From positions 1-39,037 of the forward strand of contig NKIB01014991.1 of the NCBI GenBank assembly GCA_002256025.1: a DNA stretch of 39,037 bases. The letters run 5' to 3'. The translations under genes and the position numbers were made by a program. This document shows, piece by piece, positions 1-12,142 of this stretch. Origin of the DNA: Asterionella formosa (lineage: Eukaryota). Each line of letters opens with the position of its first letter. The first letter of the stretch is position 1. A model generated the notes under the pieces. The model made no database searches and was not told where the DNA came from. It saw only the letters and a program-made list of their open reading frames with translations.

Positions 1-650
1 GACCTTTTTTGATAATCCAACACTGCGAGCAAACCAACTTCACCACCGTTTTCTCCGTAGTCTAAAACGTAAATAGCAATATTAAAAGATATTTAGTTGT
101 AGGTTCAAACAGTTTCTATGATCAATACAATTTCTGTTTTTGGTGCACCGGTGCGCCCGAGTTTTGTGATGGCATCAATAGTAATTCCAAGTGTGTGTAC
201 CCATTTGTACCTAATCCTACAACGGTATTAACTTGTGTAGACTCTACGACTTGGATCGTGATGGAAATTAATATAAGCCAACCACATCACTTATATGATT
301 ATTCGACCAGAATCATGACATGCACGAAATATTTCTGCATCATGAGGCAGCAGACGAAATGATTCTGTGAACACTTCCGGCAAGCCGACAACATCAAGGC
401 CAGAACTGCCTGAGCCTTTAGCATTCAGCTTGATAATCGCTCCACAACAAGCATGCAAGTTGCAGCTTCGACTTTTGAAATAGATCTCAGGACAAGGATA
501 TCGCCATCGCAAATGTCATTGGCATCGCTCGTGTTGTTGTTGATTGTTGTTTCATGGTGGTGACCGGTAAGAATACAATTATAGTAAATTCATTAATAAA
601 TAGCTAGAATACAATAATATGCTGTTATTTTTTCTGTAGACATAAAATAT

Positions 651-723
651 TTGGGGGTGTTGTGCCAGATGTACGAAGGGGGGTACAGGTATCTGGGGGG
701 ATACGAGACACCAGGTTTTACGG
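651..723. mobile_element. Probable terminal end of a Tc1/mariner-pogo-like non-autonomous element (other end not found in the window)
   Basis: Ends ...GGGGGG-ATACGAGACACCAGGTTTTACGG|TA, which reads TA|CCGTAAAACC... on the reverse strand. The CCGTA terminus, flanking TA and sub-terminal G-runs match the architecture of the MITE at 36352-37017. No partner TIR seen. Confidence 0.35.
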
Positions 724-743
724 TAAATAGTTATATACTAGCG

Positions 744-1097
744 AGGGAATTTCTTAGTGGTTTAGCACGTTGCCTTTGTTCTGAGGTTGTGAGGTTCGAT
801 TCCCGCAATCTTTTTGAGAAGCAATTGTTGGGTTCGACTCCCACACTCCTACCATCCCGCATGATCATGCCTGATGTGCAAGAAATAGTGGGTTCCCCCC
901 TTACAAACAGCTTGTGCTGCCTTCCTAGGGTGTTGGCGTTTCCACTGACCCTGCAGCTGAGACAATCATCATTCATGAAAGGTGGTTGGTGGGGACTCAC
1001 CTATGCTAACAAAACTAGGGAAGCACCAGTCTTGTTGGCAGGTAGCACATTGAAAGACTTGCCTAGAAATAGGGATTACAAATGGGCTATAAAAGAT
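744..1097 (+). mobile_element. tRNA-derived SINE-like element, copy 1
   Basis: A-box-like TAGTGGTTTAGCAC (755-768), B box GGTTCGATTCCC (793-804), second B box GGTTCGACTCCC (831-842). Aligns by eye over its whole length with the reverse complement of 27059-27425, ending in the shared AATGGGCTATAAAA. Confidence 0.7.
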
Positions 1098-3089
1098 AGT
1101 TTCCTTTACTTTATGTAAGGTATAATTGTATGTTGCTTTGTATGTATTGCTGTTGGGTGCACCAGCACCTACTAACTACATCATGTAGCCGCCTGTAGCT
1201 TATTGTATGATGGAAATAAAGCATCACCAAATATTTGATTTGCCAACATTAATTTGTAGTCAAATAATTTATGTTTTCCTCTTCATTCAAAAAATATGCA
1301 TGAATATTCAAACTCTCAGTGACAAGGGCAAAAGGATAGGAAGGAACAAGATTAATGAGAAAGAGAGAAACAAGAAGTCAAGAAGGCACAGAAGAAAATC
1401 CTTTCCAATTGGCATAAATCTAAAGCACATGTCCGAATACAAAGAGACAATTTATCAGAATTGCCAAAGCTTGCCAAGAACAAGGTGAACAATGTCTACT
1501 ACAAGTTTCAACAAAGTTCAGGGATATGAGAAAGATAACTACATGTTTCAACAAAAATTACAAAAAGGACACAATCCATTCAAAGATTGGAAAAAGTTAT
1601 GGGAAGGAGCAAGGCAAAATCAAAATATAAAATAAGACAATTGATCAGGGCGTCGTGGAAGTGAGGGTTAATTGATTTTCATGTCGATGAGAGAATGCCT
1701 TGGATCGATCAAGGATACACGGATGAAAACACTTTTCTAATGTAGTTGGAAATGTGAGTTCTTCATTATTGTTTGATGGAACAGGAACATGCATCCATTC
1801 TGAACTGGAGTGTACTCAACATATTTGATATATCACGACTGTACTTTCTGTTCTTGAATATCTTTGGAGGAACGAAAAAGAAGCAAGATGATTAAATCTT
1901 GAATGTATTCCATTTTGGTCATCATTGTTTGCCATGCATACTTTGATATACTTGTTGCAAGTGCAAAAGTGGACTCAAACCAGCATAGTACATCTACAAA
2001 ACACAAGATTTGGAATGGTTTATGTCATCAGACTTAGCTATCATATAAATCATTTTTCTGGACCCCCCTGTACATTTCTTGAGGTGTAACCAAACACCCA
2101 ATAATTTTTTAGAAATAGACGCAGCAGAGCACCCATGTGGTGATGAATATTCAGTTGTATGATCAATATAGATATGTGGAAGTGTCTTTCTGTTGACCTT
2201 TTTGGAAAAAATAGCTGTATACCACGCATGTCTTTGGAGTACGTATACAGGCACATCATGTATTACACACACATGAATCTACTAAACGTTACAATCATAT
2301 AAAAAATTGTAGATCACACAAAGATTTAGTATTCAGCCCCATAGTAATTATACCAACTGAAGTAATTGATGGCGCACCCATCATAGTAATATGCAAAACA
2401 TGTGCAACTGAATTTTATATATAATCAATCCATTATATCCCATCACAAACATGATGTCAATGGCAACAACAAAGAGGAAAGCACCAAAATATCCTATCTC
2501 TGATACTAGCCAGGGAGGTGATGAATCTCATACTCACAAACATAGTGTCAAAATTAGAGGTTCAGAGGGCAAACAACAAGGGCATTTTGCCCAATGGGAC
2601 TGTGAAGTAAATTTTCAAAAAAGGTGCCTCTGCCTTGGTTTACAAACAATTACTAGGAGTTGGAACAAGATTTCATCTCTATTTTTATGTGTATGAAAAA
2701 CTCCATACACCGTGCGTATACAATACTCGAGTAGAGTTTATATGTACAAAGAGTTCGATGCGGCTTGATGATCATAAGGCATCTTGGTAGGTCCAGGTAC
2801 TAGGTACCTGTACCTGATACCCACTGTACCAACGAACTGTAACCTGATGGCATTATGAAAAAGCTCAACTATGAAATACGACATGCCGGTCGTGTAATAT
2901 CCGCACACATTTCATTGTTGAGTTTGCAGCAAGCAGCTGTTAAGAGAGGAACCGCAACATCAGTTGGCTTAGTCTGAGCCCTCTTCTTATCCCTGTGCCT
3001 TTTCTGATATATCGTCGGCAATACATATAAATAGGCAAGCGTCATCTGGAAGCTAGTTTTAAATACTGCACCACTCTGGCACCAAAACA

Positions 3090-3854
3090 ATGGCTCGTCC
3101 CGAAGAAAAGGCTAACGCCATGATGAACAAGTGGGTCGCCATGAAGGATGCTGGAAATGCGCCCAAGGTTCAACGAAAGCGTCGGCCATTCTTAGCCAGT
3201 GAATGCTCGAATCGAGACGAAGCAGAGCACTGGCGCCGCCAATTGATTCGAGAAGTGTCGGAGCTCATTGCCAAGATTCAGAATCCTGGACTTGGGGAAC
3301 ATGCCATTCGAGATATGAATGATGAAATCAATAAGAAAATGAGAGAAAAGCATCACTGGAATTTGCGTATCAAGGAGTTGGGCGGTCCGGATTTTATAGA
3401 AATTGAGAGGAAGCAGCAGTTGGAAAATGCGTCGGATCCGACAGAAATTATGGGCACAGGGGGCTACAGGTACTTCGGCGCTGCCAAAGACTTGCCAGGT
3501 GTCAAGGAGGTGTTTATGAGAGCTCAAAAGCAGCGAATGAGTAAGAGGAAACGTGCGGATATATACAAGACAATTACACCAGATTACTATGGTTGGCGAG
3601 ATGAAGAAGATGGTGTTTTGATTGAGTTGGAGCGACATGCTTCGAAGGAAGCAAATATGAAACTGCAGGAGCAGAGAAATGAGTACAAGCGAATGAAGGT
3701 AGAGCGGGGAGAGGATCCAACGGAAGAGGAGAGCGATGACGACGAGTATGATGTTCTTATCGGTCAGTTTGAGGTTCCAACTCAAGAATTAGTAGCCCAA
3801 GCAATACTTGAACAAAAGAAGAGGGCATTGCTCGCTAGACTAAGTTTCACGTGA
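3090..3854 (+). CDS. ISY1: Pre-mRNA splicing factor ISY1 (NineTeen complex)
   Basis: Intronless 254 aa ORF with ISY1 hallmarks: MARPEEKA, RRPFLASEC, IRDMNDEINK..REK.HW, GYRYFGAAKDLPGVKE, DYYGWRDEEDG. Confidence 0.95.
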   Translation: MARPEEKANAMMNKWVAMKDAGNAPKVQRKRRPFLASECSNRDEAEHWRRQLIREVSELIAKIQNPGLGEHAIRDMNDEINKKMREKHHWNLRIKELGGPDFIEIERKQQLENASDPTEIMGTGGYRYFGAAKDLPGVKEVFMRAQKQRMSKRKRADIYKTITPDYYGWRDEEDGVLIELERHASKEANMKLQEQRNEYKRMKVERGEDPTEEESDDDEYDVLIGQFEVPTQELVAQAILEQKKRALLARLSFT

Positions 3855-3902
3855 GTAGAAACACAATAATTTTTGATTTCTTGTGAAAAGGAATCTTCTG
3901 CT

Positions 3903-6431
3903 TTATTTAATGCGGCGCATCATCTTACCCTTGTTGTGTTCCTGTAATTCACCTCGTCCGACCATCACACCCAATGCCTTCGCGATCGCACGGGGATCGT
4001 AGCCACTCTGAGTAGCTTCTTGTAACAGACGCTGCTTGTTTACCATAGATCCAACCGACAACCGACTTCGCAAAAAGCCTTCGGCACGGTCGAACTCAAA
4101 GTCTGAAACTTGCTGGACAGCCGACCAGTTTGTCTCCTGCCGATCAACTTGATTGGCGGCCATCGTAGATCTTTCAAATAGGCCATAGGCCGTTTCTACA
4201 TCTTCAATCTGAACTTCATCCTGTAAACGCATCTTCGCTAGTGACTCCGACAAACGAACCAATGCTTCCAACTGCCTGACTGTGATGGGAATGACGGGTT
4301 GCTCATCGGGCTTGGCATTCTTACGAACGCCTTCGCGAACTTGAACGTACTTGGCAGCAAGCTGCTCACCAGCCTGTTCAGAGAGACGAGGCGAACAACG
4401 GTACTTGCAGTATTGTATATACTTCTTCATCGATGGCATATCAAGCTCCCCTTGACCAGTAGTGGCCAGGCGAAGGACATTCTCTGCAATGGCTTCGGCA
4501 GCACTGGAAGTGTCCATGACATTACTGAAATTAGAGAGACACGATGGAGTTAGCTGTAGTCCATGTCATTACGGCAGACAAACCAGAAATGAAAACGTAC
4601 CCTCCACTCTGTTCTTGACTATTGTCCTGTCCAAACAATCCTTTTGCGAGCCCACTTCCTCTTGAGTTACTCATATGCACTCCCATGACGTGCTGGCAAA
4701 TCATGCGATCACGCTCTTCTTCTCGCACATCCCGTACCAAGAAAATCAAATCGAATCTACTCAAAATTGTTGTCATTAGATCAATTTGCTCTGCCGCCGT
4801 CTTCAAGTCATCGTACCTTCCGAAAATCGGATTGGCTGCTGCCAAAACACTCGACCGGCTATTCAAGACAGTCGTGATGCCTGCTTTTGCAATACTAATT
4901 GTTTGCTGTTCCATGGCTTCGTGGATAGCGACTCGGTCCTGCGGTCTCATTTTGTCAAATTCATCAATGGCAACAATTCCACCGTCGGCTAATACCATTG
5001 CGCCTCCTTCCAGATAAAACTCTCCCCGAGAGTCCTTCACAACACTAGCAGTAAGACCAGCAGCAGAGGATCCCTTTCCAGATGTATATATACCAATAGG
5101 AGCCACGCTAGATGCAAACTTGAGAAATTGTGACTTTGCTGTCGATGGATCTCCCAATAGCAAGACATTTATATCACCTCGCAACCTAACTCCGTCCGGA
5201 AGTCTTTTACGTGATCCTCCCATGAGCATGCATACAATCGCCTTTTTAATATCGACTGTATAATCTCCGCTAATACTCGGTGCGACACTTCGAGATAAAA
5301 TGTCATATACGTCATTTCTCGCGGCCAATCTTCGAAAGGCTTCCTCCTCTCTGGGTGTAAACGTGGCTGATTCCCCCGGTGCATGGTCTCGTTCCAGCCC
5401 CACAACTCTCAAATAGACAGTCTTGACACTATCCTTTCCTGTAGTAAAGAGAGTAGGGATACAAATGGCATTCAATCTCGTTCCTGGTGGTGCCTTATCC
5501 ACCAACGACCGCTCCACAGCCAAAACAATCGATCGTGGCATTTCCCCCGTGGGCACAGTTTCCGGCGACTCTTGTAATTTCCATGACTGTCGGTCCACAA
5601 AGTGCGAGTCATCGGGTACTACCGAATATGGAAAAAGACCACATTCCTTGGGGTTGACGACACAGGTGCGGGGTAACTGAACTCCAGCAAAGGGGCCGCC
5701 TGTAACGGGTATGACGAGTGCGTCGAAACATTTGGAGCATCGCAATTGCAACAAAGTGGCTCGTGACTTGACAGGCGAGGTCGAAATGACGATACCTGGA
5801 CATTTCAAGAGTTTGTTCATGTGCTCTGATTTGATGTGTCTGAGAGGTGTGAGGGCGAGGTTTCCCTTGAGAAGTATTTGAATGGATGATTTGGCAAACA
5901 ATAGGTCATCGTTGACTGCGGTAATAGGAGCGGTAGTGGCAGTAGTTTCCGTAGTATTCGCTGGAGTGTTGTCTTCGCTCGTGTCCTCTCGTTGATCAAA
6001 TAGAAGCGACTTTAAGGCATCCATGGCCGCCAATTCCAATGGTCCCAACACATTGGAGGGTTGTCCCAGCAAATATCCCAACAAGCCCGGATCATATTCT
6101 CCCACGTGTGCGAGATCGATTTCGAGCTTGGTCCCATCGCGGCGATGCATGCGCAAAAGGCGTTCCCTGTACAGAAATCGGTGAAGTCCCTGTCTGTAGT
6201 TCCCTGTGGGAGTGAATGGATTTCGTCAGTTCTATTAGTATGCAGTGGCAGCAGCAATGGTATAAATGAGCCACAAAACATACTCAAAAATTCTCTGAAA
6301 TGCCTTCGAACCGCATTCAAATCCACTTGCTCTTCGTCGCCATTGTCGTTGTCTTCAGGAGCATCTTCGTCGTTCTGCTCTTTCTGAAGCGCCTGATGCG
6401 AATAGTAGATGCGGGTTTCGTCAAAGTCCAT
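3903..6431 (-). CDS. MCM5: DNA replication licensing factor MCM5 (3 exons, ~790 aa)
   Basis: Exons 6431-6284, 6203-4601, 4524-3903; GT-AG introns 6283-6204 and 4600-4525 restore the frame. Zn finger, Walker A GDPSTAKSQ, IDEFDKM, SRFD arginine finger, PITVRQLEA. PETVPTGEMPR and GGSRKRLPDGVRLRGDINV favour MCM5 over other MCM subunits. Confidence 0.93.
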
Positions 6432-6602
6432 TGCAATGTGTTGGGGCTCTAATATATTTTGGATGATTCGTGGCTTTGTCGTGTGTTGTTCCAATGGAAT
6501 TACAAGTATAAACAGACATCTCAACAAAATTTTGTAACTGCTTTGTCACTTTTGTTATTCATGTATACATCATGGATATAGTTGTAATGTTACTGGTTTA
6601 GG

Positions 6603-6613
6603 CCGCGCCAAAA
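6603..6613 (-). promoter_or_regulatory. Putative E2F binding site upstream of MCM5
   Basis: Minus strand reads TTTTGGCGCGG, matching the E2F consensus TTTSSCGC, about 175 bp upstream of the MCM5 ATG. MCM genes are established E2F targets in plants and animals. Confidence 0.55.
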
Positions 6614-8408
6614 TTTCTCTCTAGACACCCGAACAAAATGAGGAGTTGTTTTCCATCCATTTGTACGCAAAACATATAAAGTACCTGGTACGGTATACTC
6701 CTCTGTTCATGTCTGCAGTACCCCCCTGGTATGGAATACCGGTAGTCACAACATAACTCTTAGGCTTGGCCAATCCTTGGCAAAGCACAAGTTCCAAAAA
6801 CTATATGGTTGACAACCACAGTCCCTTCTGATTAAATATTATTCCAAATCGAATAGTGTTTATAATTTATGTTTTAAGTGTTCTAAAAATAGGTGAACTT
6901 GACCTTGATTTCTTTGCACCTTTTTGTAGAATCAAGCCTTGATTGGAATTTTCGCTCTGGACCCCACCCCTTTCACTAACCAGCCAATAGACATAAGGAG
7001 AATGATTTTACACCAAAACAGCATCAATGCATCGGCGATTGCACATTTAACAACCTCAAAAGGGAGGCTGATGGAGACCCTGCCTCAACATGCATGAAGG
7101 CCAGCTCGCTCATCATAACTCCTGCTGGCATGATGCACAAAACATGAACTGTATTATTTGAAACATCTGGAGAACGAAATTTTTTGTCAAAAAATGCATG
7201 TTCATTAATTTATTTAGCTAATTCTCGCTCAGCCATGTGGATTAATAGTCAATAATTTATACTATGCTGGTGATGCTGAGAAGTTCTTCACTGGCCAAAG
7301 AAATTCATTAACCCTAAATGATCCACATGCAGGGTTATTTAGCATTATACTCGGCCACCTAACTACACAAATATAACGACACACCCATTGAATGCATTGT
7401 CATGCATCATACAAAATGCTTATTATTCCTATAGATGGCTTCTTAAAGAGGCATGGATTGAGCCAGCCAGTAGCTAGGCTAGTACATAATTAATATGCAT
7501 ACTGATGGCATCGAATTAATTAGCCAACAACCAAGGTGAATGATCCTGGATTGACTTGCTATGAGACCAGTTGTCCATTTTGTTCTTGTCATTGGCATCA
7601 CTTTTGAGGTTATGAAACAAGCAATTAAAAATTTATTGACATTGTTTTGGTGTCAAATCCTTGCTTCTTCTAGATCCTGCTGTAGTATTGGTTGTCAAAG
7701 GGTCAGGGACAATTAGGGGATCAGGAGCAGAAAAACAATGTAAAGTTTTAGTGTTTAGAGAAGATTTGGAACAACAACATTTAACAATATATATACCATT
7801 TGATTCGGAACAATTTTTTAGTAGGATGGGTTGTTGTAGTCGTAGCCAGTCCAGATAATTATCAAAGCTTTGCTTTGCTTCATGAAAGAGCATACCAGAA
7901 GGTTTGGACACAACTATTCGCTACAGGTGTATGATGGTTAAAAGTTGAGGGAGTAGACTTATAATTAATTATGCATTGACAAGCACATTTTAATCAATGA
8001 TCCCTTCGACTTGTCATTTCGAAATTCAGCGTATTTAGTACATACGTCATCCGATGATGAATGTATCATTCATAAAAGCGAGCAGGAACACCATGATCAG
8101 GAGGAGGCTACCTGGAGGTACCTGGTACCAGGTGTGGTGTACCTAGTGACGGCGGACATACCGGTATACCGGGTATGATAAGCATGCTACATTCCATCCG
8201 GCATATGTTCTTACATTTTATTTTTATAGATCCAAGATTCAGCCAACAACTGGAACCCTCGCTCATCGGCAGTGGTGGCCAAGAAATGAATCGTTCGACT
8301 CCCAGCATCACCCAGCTAATGCCGGTACCGGTAGTATATTATAGATTGGAGTACATATTACAAATCTTACGTACAAAAATTTATGTTTCTTTATTGTCTC
8401 GAGTCACC

Positions 8409-9011
8409 ATGATGAGAAAGTGTTCCATCCTTGCTGCACTGCTGTGCAGCAGTAGTAGTACTGCCTTTGTCAACAACAACCCCCATTATGTGTTGAAGCA
8501 TTCCACACAACTACCAGCACTCTTTGCGGTCTTCCAAGACAGACGAGCCTTTGTCGCATCCTCGTCGTCTCTACTCCTCCTCCTCACAGCAGGAGCACTC
8601 CCCGTCCACGCCATACCCATGGTCTCCACTCCTGAATTTGAATCTGTTCTTAGAGATAGCGCACGATCTGTACAAGTTGTGGAGTTTAGTGGACCACGAT
8701 CCACGATTGTAACTGTCAGACTTGTGGACGGGACTACCTTTGGCATTAACGATGTCATCGATTCCTCCACAGACCCACGCTCTCCACTAGGACTCGCCGC
8801 CACTTGTCGACAATACAAGGTGCCGTGCAAATTTACTATGCTTGAAGCGGCTCTTGCCTCTGTGCCGAAAAAGAAGGTGCTGTACCAAAATGATATTGTA
8901 CAAAAGGCAGCGGAGAAGGAGAAATTGAGAAAAGAAAGGATGCAAAAAGATGAAGAGGAACGTCTTGCGGCTATTTATAAATTGGAGGAAGCAGAAGCGA
9001 AAGCAATTTAA
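8409..9011 (+). CDS. Plastid (probably thylakoid-lumen) protein resembling the lumenal/N-terminal domain of FtsH, 200 aa
   Basis: ATG at 8409 gives a signal peptide ending STA-FV (ASAFAP-like), a transit peptide, then twin-arginine DRRAF + hydrophobic stretch + VHA cleavage. Mature part VSTPEFESVLRDSARSVQVVEFSG...DGT resembles the FtsH extracellular domain by eye; charged C-terminal tail. The upstream part of ORF 8175 is probably non-coding. Confidence 0.7.
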   Translation: MMRKCSILAALLCSSSSTAFVNNNPHYVLKHSTQLPALFAVFQDRRAFVASSSSLLLLLTAGALPVHAIPMVSTPEFESVLRDSARSVQVVEFSGPRSTIVTVRLVDGTTFGINDVIDSSTDPRSPLGLAATCRQYKVPCKFTMLEAALASVPKKKVLYQNDIVQKAAEKEKLRKERMQKDEEERLAAIYKLEEAEAKAI

Positions 9012-9309
9012 ATTGAATGATGGAGAAGATAGATGGATAGTCGCCTATCCTTATTAGTTTTCTGTTTGCCAACCACAAATCAAATATCGATTGCTAATTG
9101 GCATTTGTTACAATGAAACCATCCGGAGACCTGCTACCGATACTATTGCATGGTAGTTTTAGGTTAAAGGCTTTCTTGTCTTGTTTCATTTCGTTTTCCA
9201 AACATTGTTATATTTGAGAAAACCTCAAGTGTAGCGGACTCACACAACATGAGGATCGTGGCAAATAGTTTTTATTTCTTGTCCGGCTTCCGCGCCAACT
9301 CACTTCTTC

Positions 9310-10041
9310 TTAATTGTACTGAACGAGTTCCTCGTTCACATCAAGCAGCAACAGCTTCGAAAAGCTAGAGTCCGAAGATTTTGGTGCAATCCAACTAGCC
9401 TGAGGTTGAAATGACTTTATTTCTTCCAAGTACACTTCCCTCTGTGCCCGATCTGTCTGCGCAAAGACCCAAACTCGTGCTCCTCGTTCCAATGCATTTT
9501 TTGTCAGAACTGCTGCCCCCTTGGCCACAGCCGCCGATTCAAAGACATCCGACAACACATACAAGTCAGCCAAGGGCAAATAATCCTTTCTAAGATCGAC
9601 TTGGTCCGTGGTAAGTTGCGTCATTCCTTGTTCCGTCGCAGCGGCTTGGACAAGCTCCAGAGCAAATTTGTCCAAATCTGTGGCAATCACACCACGACAA
9701 TGCATTTTGGCAGCAGTAAGACTGGGCAATCCAGGTCCACATCCCAGCTCGCAAACTATCCATGATGGATTACAGTGTTGTTGAAGGAAGTGAGCCGCGG
9801 CTCTAGCAGAAGGCCAGACTTGCGTAGCGAGGAAGTTCTGTTGGGGTGTGAGATCATCACTAGAGGAGACAGCATAACAAAATGGTGATTGTGGGTCGGA
9901 TTGACGCAATGCAACCTTGTGGACGGGTAAATTTGTAATTTTTTGTACTAACGCTAAATGGAATGGTAGCAGAAGAAGAAAAAATCCCCAAAGTATGATG
10001 TGATTACCAGTACCACGATATGACACCATTGCCATCATCAT
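9310..10041 (-). CDS. SAM-dependent methyltransferase, family-16 / lysine methyltransferase-like
   Basis: QVWPSA motif, motif I VCELGCGPGLPSL, post-I VIATD, motif II YVLSDV. Start codon uncertain. Confidence 0.8.
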   Translation of the reverse strand: MMMAMVSYRGTGNHIILWGFFLLLLPFHLALVQKITNLPVHKVALRQSDPQSPFCYAVSSSDDLTPQQNFLATQVWPSARAAAHFLQQHCNPSWIVCELGCGPGLPSLTAAKMHCRGVIATDLDKFALELVQAAATEQGMTQLTTDQVDLRKDYLPLADLYVLSDVFESAAVAKGAAVLTKNALERGARVWVFAQTDRAQREVYLEEIKSFQPQASWIAPKSSDSSFSKLLLLDVNEELVQYN

Positions 10042-11320
10042 TCTTATGGAAGCTGATGATGGTCCTGCATCGTGTTGTGCAGGGTGATGGTTTCATTGAG
10101 CGATAATGGATGTGCAGTTTGCTTCAGTAGACTAGTCTACCGGTAGTAAGGAAGTGTCAGTAACATTAACTATGCTACCGGTACTTACTGACCGTAATAG
10201 CTACTACATACGAACGATGCGGGTTATTACCAACACTACCTAGCACAACGGGCGGTATACCACTTCCGGCCTATCAGCGGCAGCACTACCGGTATACCTG
10301 GTACTACCTAGTACGTACCCTAGTACCTGGTCCACTGCGTACTACCTAGTACTTCTGGCTTGTTGCTGAAGGCAAGCAAAACACACCTCAGGTTGTCGCA
10401 TGCCTGCGAGTATGACAAGCCATGCTGAGGAGACTTCTACATAAATCAATTTCATGATTTCGTATTACCAGTACTGGTAACAGGTACTGGCAATCAGTCT
10501 GGTGGTTTATGTACCGGTATTTGAGGGGCAAAAATAAAATTACCTCCACACATTGGTCTCATACACGTAAAGTTGTCTGCTGGCTGGATAACGGAAACGA
10601 TTTAAGAATCCGATGCTATTTGGCAGCTGTTCCGCTAAATAAGTCATTATGACATAATTTTTATTACCGGTATGTCCGTAGATAAACATGCCGGTATGTA
10701 TAGGTATGTACTCAGGGGTGGTGAGGATTGTCGTTGTTGCAAAAAAATATTTGGTGAAGTCAACCACTGAACTGGTACACCTCTCAGTACCGGTATCTAA
10801 GTTGTGATTTTCGTGCGTGCAGCAACCAACAAGTACGGCCTACCGGTACATCTTATTATTTGCTTCACTGGCTAGCAGAAAGATCCGACCTCACCAATTA
10901 TTTGTCGAGAATAGTCGTTTCAACGCAGCTCCCAACTGAGGACTTTTTTGAAAATTTTGAGCATGTTCGGTTTGGTGACGATTTTGACGATTAAGAGTAC
11001 CCAATGATACCATGACGTGAGCTGAACAGTCCCTCTCGCCCTTGACTGTTTATGCAGATACCGAGAGTGCGAGTATCCATTCTAGTTTCATGAAAATTCA
11101 AAACCAAACACATTAATAGATGTGAACAGCAACTAGCGACTTGTTCCAAGCTCAGGCTAGTAGAAATCAGTTTTCAAATAGTGTACCGGTACTCTTCGCC
11201 AGATTAGTTTTAGATTTGCTTTCTAGGACGTTGATACCATGTTGGTGCTTTCGCTTAGCTTGCTGGTAGGAATATACGTATGCATTTCTAGTGTCGGTTG
11301 AAGAATTCGAAGTCGGAAAC

Positions 11321-12142
11321 TCAAAAATTATCAAAAAGTAAGGATGGAGACAAGCACCTGTCTTCTCCGTCAGAATTATTGGGACTGCTTGTGGGGGATA
11401 TTTTCATGACCTTGCGAGATGGTTCACACGATTGTTCAAAATTGATCCTTTTCGTTGAGCAACAACCGCTGACGACCACGGCATCGGCAACACCGAGTAA
11501 TCTTGCAAACGCACGACTCTGCTTAGAGGCTCGTTGCGCCACCCGAGCAATCTCTTCATCGTCTCTGTCATCAATCAAAAACTGCCTGGCTTGCTCAAGA
11601 AGGACAGCGTGCTTGACTTCACGCACGTGCTTCCCTCGAAGGTATCCGTGCATCTTGGACGACCATCGTTCAAGACCTCGTGGGCTTTCCGAATCACTAC
11701 ACCAGTCAACGAGCGTCTGCAATATAATAAAAAATTAGTGCATGTTTTCATTAAAATTCAACTAGAAAAAGTGGGACGAACGTACCAAGTCTTCGCCCAC
11801 TGAAGCGTAATAGGTATGTAGCTCTTGTGTGTCTGTTTTAGCTTGTTCGTATGCTTCAGTCAGCGCACCCACGTATGTCCCCTTCTTGCGAAGCTCTCGA
11901 CACTTGATCTTGGACGCCATTTTGCTAGATTCGTACTCGTGCTTTTGCCACCATACCTGGAGCCGCTCGTCGTCGCTCAATTCTGAGAGGGGGCGTATCA
12001 GTGCAACAATCTGAGGCTCTGCTAAAATTCGGACGCGCTTGCGTTTACTGATCGGAAAAAAGGGAAAGGATTCCTCCTGTATCGGGCACATCATCAACTC
12101 CATGGCTTCCATTTGGTTGAGGCTTGTGTCGAAGGGCGCCAT
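11321..12142 (-). CDS. Hypothetical protein of a diatom-expanded family (2 exons, ~250 aa)
   Basis: Exons 12142-11786 and 11716-11321 joined by a phase-0 GTACGT...TTGCAG intron (11785-11717). Pattern KRVR..VWWQ..EY..RGLERW..H..AVLLEQ..SKQSRAFARLLG.ADA resembles recurrent diatom hypotheticals (recalled, not searched). Confidence 0.7.

Noticed and set aside
1..540. Minus-strand coding fragment (ORF 291-512)
   Set aside because: Frames are interrupted and unrecognisable; possibly the interior of the element ending at 723.
744..810. Functional tRNA gene
   Set aside because: A and B boxes are present, but I could not fold a proper acceptor or anticodon stem, and homology with the second copy extends about 290 bp downstream.
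651..1118. 155 aa ORF with an apparent 'homolog' at 27102-27371
   Set aside because: Similarity appears on both strands and is broken by frameshifts, so it reflects nucleotide-level identity of the non-coding SINE-like repeat.
1200..2700. AT-rich region with short ORFs, possibly a decayed gene or TE
   Set aside because: No motif, TIR or second copy could be identified by eye.
3192..3785. 197 aa antisense ORF
   Set aside because: Lies opposite the well-supported ISY1 CDS; no recognisable motifs.
6760..8050. Gene-free spacer with short ORFs
   Set aside because: Probably decayed repeat DNA, but no supportable family assignment.
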